From Chamaesiphon sp. (GTDB lineage Bacteria > Cyanobacteriota > Cyanobacteriia > Cyanobacteriales > Chamaesiphonaceae), in assembly GCA_965246715.1 (NCBI GenBank), contig CBDFFH010000013.1, positions 1-41,568 of the forward strand: a stretch of 41,568 nt of DNA, in the 5' to 3' direction. The notes beneath the pieces are model-generated. The model saw only the letters and a program-made list of their open reading frames with translations, did not search any database and had not been told where the DNA came from. Shown one piece after another: positions 29,026-39,600 of this stretch. Both the position numbers and the translations under genes were made by a program. The first letter of the stretch is position 1. Every line of letters starts with the position of its first letter.

Positions 29026-30440
29026 GGTTCTACCGAACTTACTATGCTAAATCAAGGATTGAAATGCCATGCTAGCAAACTTCTGATCTGAAAATTCTCA
29101 AAATTTCTAAACCCATATCCCATTCTTTTTATTAGCTTGAGTTTATTGTTAATTCCTTCGACGACTCCTTGAGTTGTTCTATTATCAAAATAGGCAATTA
29201 TTTCACCAATCCATCTTTTAATAGTTCCACAACTCTTGGGGAATTTCCCACAAGCATTCTTGAGCCAGTCACACAAGCTTATTAGCCCATTTCCCCAATC
29301 TGTTTTTGATTCAAATATATCTCTAAATAACTCTTTTGTTTTGTGCATTGCTGCTAATTCTGGAAAAACGTCTCCAATCTCTTTCAACTTCTCTTTTTGC
29401 AATTCATTCAAATCCGCTTCGTTTTTGAGTATTGCATATTTACTGTGAGTTAATGCTGCTAATTTCTTGTTCTTTTCATCTTTGTTCTTCACCCTCTCAG
29501 CCTCTCTTTTGATTTTAATTCTCTCTCGATCTAACTCTTCATTTATCTGTTTCATTACATGAAATCTGTCTCCAACCACTTCAGCATTTGGTATCAATTC
29601 ATTTACCAGACTTTTGTATGATGAAAATAGATCGATACTTACTTCTGTAATTTGGTTCAAAACCTCCGAACCCCAAGACTTCAAGCACTCACCAATACAT
29701 TCTTGAGTCCTTTTTGGTAAGATGGCTATTAACTCTCTTTTTTCTAGATCTACTAACACCGCACAATAGTTTTTTTGCCCTTTAACAAAGGCAATTTCAT
29801 CAATTCCTAGTCTGGTTAAATTCTCTGGCTTTTTTTGCACTAGATTTACCCCAGCTTTTTTGATTATTGTCTCCACTTCTTGCTCACTTAATCCATTTCT
29901 TTTGGCAACAATTTTAATATCACTAGCTAGACTCTCTTCGACAATCTTCTGCTTCATTCGCTCGGTGAAATGACTTCTCTTTTTGATGAAATTTAATTCC
30001 TCACTGAATTTTCGACCACAACTCATACACTTGAATTGACGACGATTAATTTTAAGGTAAACATCATGTTCACCGAATGGTAGATCTCTCACTGTTAATT
30101 GGTGATTCTCATGAAGTTTATTACTTTCAGTTCCACAATGAGGACACACTGCTTTTAATTGCTGATTTTCTAGATAAATAAAATAACCGATTTCATCTAA
30201 GATCTTATAAGCAGTGACGGTCATTCCGTCGATATTAAGAATTTCATTAATGGTTTTTAGTTGCGATTTGGATGACATAATGCAATTCAAGCTTATTTGT
30301 TGCCAGAAATCAAGATCTTACTATTCTATAATAAAATCTGTCATTTATGCTGCACCAAGCTTCCATAACTCAAAATTATCAATTTTGTCAATTAAACTTG
30401 ATTCTTATCCACTACTTAGCATAGCAAGTTCGGTAGAGCC
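29026..30440 (-). mobile_element. ISL3-family IS (1415 bp), copy 1, nested in the ISKra4-like element
   Basis: Ends GGTTCTACCGAACTT / AAGTTCGGTAGAGCC; 8-bp TSD AGAATTAG. Confidence 0.95.
29052..30278 (-). CDS. ISL3 transposase
   Basis: CPHCG zinc finger, GIDE, DRFHV, EGINNKLKLIKR.GYGFRNF. Confidence 0.95.
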   Translation of the reverse strand: MSSKSQLKTINEILNIDGMTVTAYKILDEIGYFIYLENQQLKAVCPHCGTESNKLHENHQLTVRDLPFGEHDVYLKINRRQFKCMSCGRKFSEELNFIKKRSHFTERMKQKIVEESLASDIKIVAKRNGLSEQEVETIIKKAGVNLVQKKPENLTRLGIDEIAFVKGQKNYCAVLVDLEKRELIAILPKRTQECIGECLKSWGSEVLNQITEVSIDLFSSYKSLVNELIPNAEVVGDRFHVMKQINEELDRERIKIKREAERVKNKDEKNKKLAALTHSKYAILKNEADLNELQKEKLKEIGDVFPELAAMHKTKELFRDIFESKTDWGNGLISLCDWLKNACGKFPKSCGTIKRWIGEIIAYFDNRTTQGVVEGINNKLKLIKRMGYGFRNFENFQIRSLLAWHFNP

Positions 30441-32015
30441 AGAATTAGCTCCAGTTGTTACTTGCTTAGGTGATGGCCATGACGGGGTATGGAATATCAT
30501 CAAGGAATTTGTACCTATTGGTGAAAGAAGAGAAATTCTCGACTGGTTTCATTTGATGGAAAATCTCCATAAAATTGGCGGTTCCAACCAAAGATTATTT
30601 GCAGCCAGAGAATTACTCTGGTACGGAAAAGTTGATGAGACGATTAAGTTGTTTGGTGATTGTAATCTCAAGCAAGCTGAAAACTTTTGTGCTTATTTAG
30701 AGAAACATCGTCATCGGATAATTAATTATTATTATTTTCAAGCCGAACAAATCTGCTCTATTGGTTCTGGTTCCATTGAGTCTACAATTAAACAGATCGA
30801 TCGCCGGACTAAAATTTCTGGAGCGCAGTGGAAATCTGAAAATGTTCCTCAAGTATTAGCGCATCGCTGCGCCTACCTCAACGGGTTAATTTGCGATCGC
30901 TAAATAAAAAGTGGGATGCTCCCAAAGATTATCTTCTTCGAGATGGCGATTTTCTTATTTCCAGAAGTGGCACAATAGGGCGAGCATTTGTTTACTCTTC
31001 ACATAATGGCTTATGTTCATACGCAGGCTATTTAGTTCGTTTTATTTTCGATTCTCAGCAAGTACCTCAATATTACTTCTATATCACTAAATCGTCACAG
31101 TTTTATTTATGGCTGAAAATGGTTGCTATTGAGTCAACTATTGGTAATGTAAACGGCGAAAAATATGCAAATATGTTGTTGCCTAATCCATGTCTAGTAG
31201 AGCAGCAAAAAATTGTCGATTATCTCGAGCGCGAGACTGAAAAAATTGATGCTCTGATTGCTGCGAAAAAAAGATTACTAGAACTATTGGCAGAAAAAAG
31301 ACGATCGATGATTACCCATGCTGTTACTCGCGGGTTAACAGATGATGTATCGATGAAAGATTCAGGAGTTGAGTGGTTAGGGGAAATTCCAAAACATTGG
31401 GATGCTCTGCCTCTCAAACTTCTTTGTGAATCTCTTCAAACGGGGCCATTCGGTACACAACTTCATGCTGAAGATTATATTGAAAATGGTATTCCGTCTA
31501 TCAATCCTGCACATTTATCTAATGGAAAGATTGTCCCCGATTTAAAGGTATCTGTGGACGAAGACACGGTAGAGCGTTTAGCAATTCATAAATTTAAATT
31601 AGGTGATATAGTCTTTGCTCGTCGTGGTGAAATTGGTCGCTGCGGATTAGTTACTCAGCAAGAAGTAGGATGGCTATGTGGATCTGGTAGTCTTCGGGCA
31701 AGACCACACAAAAACTTATTAAATCCTGAATATCTAGTTCGAGTTATGCTTAATACATTTGCTAGTAATTGGCTATCAATTATGTCAGTTGGCACAACGA
31801 TGGAAAACTTAAACACTGAAATTATTGGTGCTCTATCTATCCCTGTCCCACCTTTGAATGAGCAGAATCAAATCTGTAATAAAATTGAGAAACAAATTAT
31901 CAGTCTCGATCTATTGAGTGAGACAACTAAAAATACGGTTAGTCTTCTCCAAGAACGTCGTACTTCCCTAATCTCTGCTGCTGTTGCTGGACAAATCCGC
32001 ATTGCTGATTAGCTT

Positions 32016-33239
32016 ATGAAACTAAAGAATTTAAGCCTAACTAATATTCGAGGTTTTAATCATGCAGATTTCAGCTTTGAGCCAGGTATGAACTTGATTG
32101 TCGGTATCAACGGTGTTGGTAAGTCTACAGTTCTAGACAGCTTGTGCTTTCTGCTAAGTCAAGCTCTGATAGCACTTCACGGCTATGGAATTTATATACG
32201 GTTTGCTAGCACAGATCTCAGGAAAAATAGTGGTTCTCTTGGTGCTGAGGTTAGTTTTGACATAGCCGATCGCAATTTTAAGTATTCCATACATGGGCCA
32301 CATGGAAAAGATATTGTTGCAGTTGCATTAGATCCTAAGATCGATCTTGATAAAAATTCTCAATCTCTTGCTGTTTACTATTCACCACGTCGTGCTCTTG
32401 CTAGTAATAAGAAGTTCACTAGGATTAAAAAAAATTCTGCGGCGGTTTTTATCGATGCGTTAGATCATCGCGAACTGCGCTTGACAGAATTTGCTGAGTG
32501 GTGGCTCGCTCAAACTGCACTGAATATAGAGAAAGCTCCTAATGCTCAACGTCATCTCGATGCACTCAACACCGCTGTTACAAGTTTTATCGATGCTTGT
32601 ACCAATGTTCGAGTCGAACGCGAAACCTATGTACATGAAAATAAGAATGGCAAAAAAACCGAAAAAAGTACGACAAATCTTTTTATCGATAAAGCTGGAG
32701 TCACTTTAGATCCACAACAATTATCCGATGGCGAACGAGGCATGTTAGCTCTCGCGCTCGATTTGACTCGTCGCCTCTCCCAAGCCAATCCCGATCTCGC
32801 CAATCCCCTCGAAGGCGAAGCAATCGTACTCATCGACGAACTCGATCTCCACCTCCATCCCCATTGGCAAAGAACTATTGTGAAAAAGCTCACTACCACC
32901 TTTCCCAATTGCCAATTCATCGCTACCACTCATTCACCATTAATTATTGGTGAAGTCGCTCCCGAAAATATTATCATCCTCGAACAAGGGCAACCGCCAA
33001 TTCGCCCCAGTCAATCTCTCGGTATGGATACAGATTGGATTCTCAAATATCTGATGGGTGCAACCACGCGCAATACCGAAACAGAAACAGAATTAAAAGA
33101 TATTGCCGAATTAATTGAAACAGAAGATTATGATGAAGCGATCGATCGAATTGACAATCTTCGGGATAAAATTGGTGAATTTCCCGAACTCGTGCGCCTG
33201 CAAACTCGGATCGATCGTTTTCAATTGTTAGGTGAATAA
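32016..33239 (+). CDS. ABC/AAA ATPase, PtuA(Septu)-like
   Basis: Walker A GINGVGKS, signature LSDGE, Walker B/D-loop LIDELDLHLHP.WQ, H-switch ATTHSP; no TM domain. Confidence 0.85.
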   Translation: MKLKNLSLTNIRGFNHADFSFEPGMNLIVGINGVGKSTVLDSLCFLLSQALIALHGYGIYIRFASTDLRKNSGSLGAEVSFDIADRNFKYSIHGPHGKDIVAVALDPKIDLDKNSQSLAVYYSPRRALASNKKFTRIKKNSAAVFIDALDHRELRLTEFAEWWLAQTALNIEKAPNAQRHLDALNTAVTSFIDACTNVRVERETYVHENKNGKKTEKSTTNLFIDKAGVTLDPQQLSDGERGMLALALDLTRRLSQANPDLANPLEGEAIVLIDELDLHLHPHWQRTIVKKLTTTFPNCQFIATTHSPLIIGEVAPENIIILEQGQPPIRPSQSLGMDTDWILKYLMGATTRNTETETELKDIAELIETEDYDEAIDRIDNLRDKIGEFPELVRLQTRIDRFQLLGE

Positions 33240-33813
33240 ATGAAACGGATTTTCAAAAGTAATAGCCCCGAACTTACCAAATGGTTTGCAGCACAACCAG
33301 AAACTGACACAGGTAAGCTCAACTGCCGTTATAACAATTTACCTAGTGATGTCAAAGCAATCGTCAAACAACGCCTATTACAAGAACAAGGCTACATCTG
33401 CTGTTACACAGGTATTCGCATCAGCGAAAATAAATCTCATATCGAGCATTTTAAACCGCAGAGTATTTCTAGAAACTGTGGAACTCATGAAGATGTAGAT
33501 TACAACAATTTATTTGCAGCCTATCCGGCGGAAGATTATGAGAAAAAGTATGGCAAGTGTGCGTATGGTGCTCAGGCAAGAAATGATTGGTATGATGAAA
33601 CCGACTTTATCAGCCCTCTCAACCCTCAATGTGAAGCCGCCTTCAGATTTAATTTAAAAGGAGAAATAGCGGCTGCTACAGCTAATATTGCGGCAAAAAC
33701 CACGATCGAATGGCTAAAATTAGAAGATGCCGCACTCACGGAAATGCGCCAACAGGCGATTCAAACCCTGCTATTTGAAGATACTTTGAGTCTCAAACAA
33801 GCTAAAGAGTTAT

Positions 33814-35228
33814 GGCTCTACCGAACTTGCTATGCTAAGTAGTGGATAAGAATCAAGTTTAATTGACAAAATTGATAATTTTGAGTTATGGAAGCTTGGT
33901 GCAGCATAAATGACAGATTTTATTATAGAATAGTAAGATCTTGATTTCTGGCAACAAATAAGCTTGAATTGCATTATGTCATCCAAATCGCAACTAAAAA
34001 CCATTAATGAAATTCTTAATATCGACGGAATGACCGTCACTGCTTATAAGATCTTAGATGAAATCGGTTATTTTATTTATCTAGAAAATCAGCAATTAAA
34101 AGCAGTGTGTCCTCATTGTGGAACTGAAAGTAATAAACTTCATGAGAATCACCAATTAACAGTGAGAGATCTACCATTCGGTGAACATGATGTTTACCTT
34201 AAAATTAATCGTCGTCAATTCAAGTGTATGAGTTGTGGTCGAAAATTCAGTGAGGAATTAAATTTCATCAAAAAGAGAAGTCATTTCACCGAGCGAATGA
34301 AGCAGAAGATTGTCGAAGAGAGTCTAGCTAGTGATATTAAAATTGTTGCCAAAAGAAATGGATTAAGTGAGCAAGAAGTGGAGACAATAATCAAAAAAGC
34401 TGGGGTAAATCTAGTGCAAAAAAAGCCAGAGAATTTAACCAGACTAGGAATTGATGAAATTGCCTTTGTTAAAGGGCAAAAAAACTATTGTGCGGTGTTA
34501 GTAGATCTAGAAAAAAGAGAGTTAATAGCCATCTTACCAAAAAGGACTCAAGAATGTATTGGTGAGTGCTTGAAGTCTTGGGGTTCGGAGGTTTTGAACC
34601 AAATTACAGAAGTAAGTATCGATCTATTTTCATCATACAAAAGTCTGGTAAATGAATTGATACCAAATGCTGAAGTGGTTGGAGACAGATTTCATGTAAT
34701 GAAACAGATAAATGAAGAGTTAGATCGAGAGAGAATTAAAATCAAAAGAGAGGCTGAGAGGGTGAAGAACAAAGATGAAAAGAACAAGAAATTAGCAGCA
34801 TTAACTCACAGTAAATATGCAATACTCAAAAACGAAGCGGATTTGAATGAATTGCAAAAAGAGAAGTTGAAAGAGATTGGAGACGTTTTTCCAGAATTAG
34901 CAGCAATGCACAAAACAAAAGAGTTATTTAGAGATATATTTGAATCAAAAACAGATTGGGGAAATGGGCTAATAAGCTTGTGTGACTGGCTCAAGAATGC
35001 TTGTGGGAAATTCCCCAAGAGTTGTGGAACTATTAAAAGATGGATTGGTGAAATAATTGCCTATTTTGATAATAGAACAACTCAAGGAGTCGTCGAAGGA
35101 ATTAACAATAAACTCAAGCTAATAAAAAGAATGGGATATGGGTTTAGAAATTTTGAGAATTTTCAGATCAGAAGTTTGCTAGCATGGCATTTCAATCCTT
35201 GATTTAGCATAGTAAGTTCGGTAGAACC
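33814..35228 (+). mobile_element. ISL3-family IS (1415 bp), copy 2, inverted relative to copy 1
   Basis: Ends GGCTCTACCGAACTT / AAGTTCGGTAGAACC; 8-bp TSD AGAGTTAT; transposase identical to copy 1. Confidence 0.95.
33976..35202 (+). CDS. ISL3 transposase
   Basis: Identical protein to 29052-30278. Confidence 0.95.
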   Translation: MSSKSQLKTINEILNIDGMTVTAYKILDEIGYFIYLENQQLKAVCPHCGTESNKLHENHQLTVRDLPFGEHDVYLKINRRQFKCMSCGRKFSEELNFIKKRSHFTERMKQKIVEESLASDIKIVAKRNGLSEQEVETIIKKAGVNLVQKKPENLTRLGIDEIAFVKGQKNYCAVLVDLEKRELIAILPKRTQECIGECLKSWGSEVLNQITEVSIDLFSSYKSLVNELIPNAEVVGDRFHVMKQINEELDRERIKIKREAERVKNKDEKNKKLAALTHSKYAILKNEADLNELQKEKLKEIGDVFPELAAMHKTKELFRDIFESKTDWGNGLISLCDWLKNACGKFPKSCGTIKRWIGEIIAYFDNRTTQGVVEGINNKLKLIKRMGYGFRNFENFQIRSLLAWHFNP

Positions 35229-35432
35229 AGAGTTATTAGAGCGGATGTTCGATCGCAATAAAAAAGACCAATTTCGCCCCTTTTGTTTTGTGCTAAAACA
35301 GGCTTGCGAGGAATATATCAGACGGCAAAAGAAAGCACAAACCCGTAAAAAAGCAATCCGCTCTCAAGATAAACCCCAGTCTAAGCGATCGAAAAAATGA
35401 GCATTTCGATCGATCTCGATTCTGAATTCGAG

Positions 35433-36389
35433 CTATGTTCGTGACGGATGATTATCCAACCACTCAATTAAATTTTCCATTTGAGTAAAATCCAATAAAG
35501 CCTCACCTAACTCCTCCAACTGCATTAGCGGTAACGCCCGAATCATCGCCTCCACTTCCGAAGATACATTTCCCACTCGTCGATTTAACTGACGCAGGAT
35601 TAAAATTTGCCCTTCTTTAACTTCGCCCCGTTGCTCCCCGCGTTGTTCTCCAACCAACTCAGCTTCCCGAATTTTTTCCAAGTATAAAGGTGATAACTGC
35701 ATAATTAATTCCCGATCCTCTGGTTCGTTCGCTTCTCTGGTTTCTAAAATTACCTTCAAATTCACTAACAGCTCCAGTGCATTCTGGCGGTAGGGATGTG
35801 CTGGTGGCAGTTGAGTCACTTCGGTAATTGCTCTTGCCTGCACCCGTCCTTTACCCAACATTCTAAACCATAAGGTTGCTGGTGTTGGTGGTAATTGATG
35901 CAGGACGATGATTCCGGTTGTTAGAGCCGGAGGGAGGAGATATACGCCCTCGCCCCAAGTTTCTAGATCCGGTTTGGCTCCAAGGCTCTCCAAAATATTG
36001 TCCGATAATGTTGGTGTCAAAATCCACAACATCGGCAATCGTTGGCGGAGCCTCTCCTGCGGAGAATCGTCTTTAAGTTCCGGTTGCTGTTGTTTCTTGG
36101 CTTCGCGACTGAGATAGGCGTGTAGATCGTAGAGTTTTGACATACACGCCCGAATTTGGGGAACCGATACCGAATTGCGGTAGGGTTCAAATACCGCAGC
36201 AGTTCCGGCACATTGGCTCAATAAGCCCAAATCGGCTGCTGGCAAGACGACATTATCGTTTGGCGTAAAGTAGACATCGACTTCTCTCACTTCCGAACTA
36301 ATTTTAAAGGAAGTTTGCACTTGTCCGAATGGGGATAATAAGGACTCGAAAAAACCTTTGGCGAATTCATCATGGGGAAATCGAGTCAT
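35433..36389 (-). CDS. Rpn-like PD-(D/E)xK protein with DUF4351-type C-terminus
   Basis: HD.FAK, REVDVYF, FEPYRN; EQRG repeats; ILRQLNRRVG...QLEELGEALLDF...L..WL. Confidence 0.82.
   Translation of the reverse strand: MTRFPHDEFAKGFFESLLSPFGQVQTSFKISSEVREVDVYFTPNDNVVLPAADLGLLSQCAGTAAVFEPYRNSVSVPQIRACMSKLYDLHAYLSREAKKQQQPELKDDSPQERLRQRLPMLWILTPTLSDNILESLGAKPDLETWGEGVYLLPPALTTGIIVLHQLPPTPATLWFRMLGKGRVQARAITEVTQLPPAHPYRQNALELLVNLKVILETREANEPEDRELIMQLSPLYLEKIREAELVGEQRGEQRGEVKEGQILILRQLNRRVGNVSSEVEAMIRALPLMQLEELGEALLDFTQMENLIEWLDNHPSRT
36042..36065 (+). mobile_element. 24-nt small dispersed element at CG^ATCG (in frame; adds SPQERLRQ)
   Basis: CG|TTGGCGGAGCCTCTCCTGCGGAGA|ATCG. Confidence 0.85.
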
Positions 36390-36435
36390 GAGGGCTAAAT
36401 GGATGTTAGGAGTTGCAATATTAAGTTATTGGAAT

Positions 36436-36560
36436 GCCAACGATTGAAATCGTGGCTAGTGTTGCAAAGTCCGCCTACGCGGACTGACATATACTGCGGA
36501 CTATTCCGTTCGCGGAGCGTCTGCCTCATCACCTAAGCGGTTAGAAACCGCTTAGGTGAT
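36436..36560. repeat. Cluster of palindromes (REP-like) upstream of hsdR
   Basis: GCCAACGATT-GA-AATCGTGGC; AGTCCGC-CTAC-GCGGACT; perfect 15-bp stem ATCACCTAAGCGGTT-AGA-AACCGCTTAGGTGAT (36528-36560). Confidence 0.75.
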
Positions 36561-36611
36561 AACTAGCACTATTAAGTGTACTATTATGCTCAGATCTTAC
36601 AGGTCGAAAAA

Positions 36612-39600
36612 ATGAGCATCCATACCGAAACTGACTTTGAAAGCGCGATCGAATCGCATCTACTCCAGCATGGCTATCTAAAACTCAACTCCAAAGCCTT
36701 CGATTGCGATCGAGTTATCTTTCCCGCGACGGCAATTGAATTCATCCAACAAACCCAGCCCCAAGAATGGGCGCGGCTCGAACAACTTCACCGCGATAAT
36801 ACAGCCGATCGCATTCTCAGCGATTTGTGTAAATGGCTCGATACTTACGGTAGTCTGCAAATCCTCCGACACGGTTTTAAATGTTATGGGCGCACTCTCC
36901 GCATCGCCTACTTCAAAGCCGCCCACAATCTCAATCCCGAACTCGAACACCAGTATCGAGCCAACCAAGTCAGCATCACTCGTCAGTTGCGCTATCGCAA
37001 ACCCGACAAGAAATCTACATATACCGTTAATTTGCCCGCGCCTAAAAGCGGCATCATCGATCTTACCCTCAGTCTCAACGGGATTCCCCTCATCACCCTC
37101 GAACTGAAAAATCCCCTCACTGGGCAAACCGCCGCAGATGCCAAGCATCAGTATCGAGCAGATCGCGATCCTAGAGCACCGATTTTTGAATTCAAACGTC
37201 GCACCCTCGTTCACTTTGCTGTCGATACCGAAGTCGTGTGGATGACTACTCGTCTAGCTGGTAATGCCACCTATTTTCTCCCTTTCAATCAAGGCAATGC
37301 AGGCACTCCGGGCAATCCGCCAGATCCGCAAGGGCGCAACTATCGCACGGCTTATCTCTGGGAAGAAGTGCTACAACGGGATAGTTTGCTCGATTTATTC
37401 GCCCGTTTCCTTCACCTCCAAGAAGATGAAAAACGCGACGATGAAGGACGTAAATTTACTAAAGAAACCCTGATTTTCCCCCGTTACCATCAACTCCAGG
37501 CGGTACGCTCGCTAGTGCAAGCTGCCCAATCGGAAGGAGTCGGACATAATTACCTGATCGAACATTCTGCTGGTAGCGGTAAAAGTAATACCATCGGCTG
37601 GCTCACCCATCGCCTTTCCTCACTGCATAACGATCGCGACGAGCGAATTTTTGATAGTGTCATCGTTATTACCGATCGACGGGTACTCGATCGACAACTC
37701 CAATCTACCATCTATCAATTCGAGCATCGCCAAGGAGTCGTCCAAAAAATTGATAAGGATGCCAAACAACTCACCACAGCTCTCGAAACTGCCGTACCGA
37801 TTATTATCACCACGCTCCAAAAATTTCCTCACGTTACCAAACAACTACTCAAACTAGCTGAGGAACGCCAACAGGGGAGTGCGTTATTGCCCACCCGCCG
37901 CTGCGCGGTAATTATCGACGAGGCTCACAGTTCCCAATCTGGCGAAAGCGCGATCGAACTTAAAGGCGTACTCGGTGGCGAACAACTTCAAGCCGCCGCC
38001 CAGCTACAGGCAGAAGCAGAAGGATTGCCAGAAATGGCAGAATTATTCCGTAGTATGTCGATGAGATCGCATCAAGCTAATCTCAGCTTTTTTGCATTTA
38101 CCGCCACGCCCAAACATAAAACCCGCAAATTTTTCGGACGCGAAGGTCGATCGTTTCATCAATACACCATGCAACAAGCGATCGAAGAAGGCTTTATTAT
38201 GGATGTTTTGAGTAATTATACTACCTATGCCACTTACTATAAATTAACCCATAATGCCACTACAGATCCCCACGTCGAACGCAAAGCTGCCGCCGCTGCC
38301 CTCGCTCGGTTCATCCGCCTTCACCCCCATAATATCGCTCAAAAAACTGAAGTAATCGTCGAGCACTTTAACACTGTTAGCCGCCATAAAATTGGTGGCA
38401 AAGCTAAAGCAATGGTCGTCACCAGTTCTCGCCTCGAAGCCGTGCGGTATAAAGAGAGTTTCGATAAATATATTCGCGATCGAAAATACTCAATTAAATC
38501 CCTAGTTGCCTTTTCTGGTATCGTTACCGATGATAAAATCCCCACCAAAACTTATACCGAAGAATTAATGAACGGTGTCCGAGAAAAAGAACTACCCGAT
38601 CGATTTGCGACTAATGAATATCAAGTCCTCCTTGTTGCCGAAAAATATCAGACAGGTTTCGACCAACCCTTACTTCACTCGATGTATATCGATCGCCGTC
38701 TCTCCGGCATCCAAGCCGTCCAAACTCTCTCTCGCCTCAATCGAATTCATCCCCTCAAAGAAGACACCTTTATCCTCGATTTTATCAACGATCGTGAAGA
38801 AATTCGGACGGCTTTCCAACAGTTTTATGCAGGAGCAGAAATGGGGGAAGAAGCAACACCCGATCGACTGTATGAATTAATGACAGAATTAGATCGAGTG
38901 GGGATATATCTATCAGAGGAAATCGACCGCTTTTGCCAGATTTATTTTAAACCCAAACAACGCCAAAGTGCAGCCGATCGACAAAGTATTAATGCCATTT
39001 TAGATCCAGTAGTCGATCGATTTAGCGATTTTCAGATCGATAATAGTGACGATGCCACCTTATGGCGCGATCGGCTCACCGCATTTCGTAAGCTCTACGC
39101 CTTTCTCAGTCAAGTTATTCCTTATCAAGATTCAGATCTCGAAAAACATTACGTCTTTCTTCGCCATCTTGGAGCCAAACTACCTCACCGCGATCGAACG
39201 ACACAGTACGATTTTGATGGTGAAGTACGACTAGAATATTACCGTCTGCAAAAAATTAGTGAAGGCTCGATCGACCTCAACCGAGGATACGGACAACCCC
39301 TATATGGGCCTAAAAATGTTGGCAGCAGTAAAGTTAGTGAAAGTTCTGTTTCTCTATCCCAATTAGTAACTGTAATTAACGATCGGTTTGGTACGAACTT
39401 CAATCGAGCTGATGGACTGTTTTTCGAGCAACTGATTAGCATCGCTCTAACTTCCACCGAACTCCAACAGGCTGCAAATGCCAACTCTCCTGAGAATTTT
39501 CAGCTACTATTCAAACAAATCCTCGAATCTTTATTTATCGATCGAGTCGAACAAAATGAAGAAATTTTCGCCAGATATATGAACGATAATTCTTTTCAGA

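Larger units (their letters stand above)
28275..30923 (+). mobile_element. ISKra4-like IS (~1226 bp without the nested ISL3); transposase disrupted
   Basis: Perfect 21-bp TIR GGGAGCATCCCACTTTTTATT; 9-bp TSD AAAGATTAT; transposase motifs SVDGG, LGDG..G.WN, LDWFHL.ENL, IGSG.IES..KQI; slippery T-run near 28568. Confidence 0.92.
28032..32012 (+). pseudogene. hsdS: Type I RM specificity subunit interrupted by an ISKra4-like element; 440 aa if restored
   Basis: 28032-28274 plus 30933-32012 join in frame (SKESAKDY|LLRDGDFLISRSGT); two TRDs; MKDSGVEWLGEIP.HW; EQ..I...R.SLI.AAV.G. Confidence 0.95.
33240..35400 (+). pseudogene. HNH endonuclease (PtuB/TIGR02646-like) interrupted by ISL3; 245 aa if restored
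   Basis: LL.EQGYICCY...HIEHFKPQ...DYNNL; 33240-33813 plus 35237-35400 rejoin in frame (KQAKEL|LERMFDR...PFCFVL). Confidence 0.88.

Noticed and set aside
30214..30903. 229-aa ORF as an independent gene
   Set aside because: Read-through from the ISL3 end into the 3' half of the ISKra4-like transposase
28032..32012. Phase-variable hsdS shufflon
   Set aside because: Only one hsdS with two TRDs and no invertase; the split is fully explained by IS insertion
32016..35400. Retron system
   Set aside because: No reverse transcriptase in the window and no room for msr-msd upstream (3-bp gap to hsdS)
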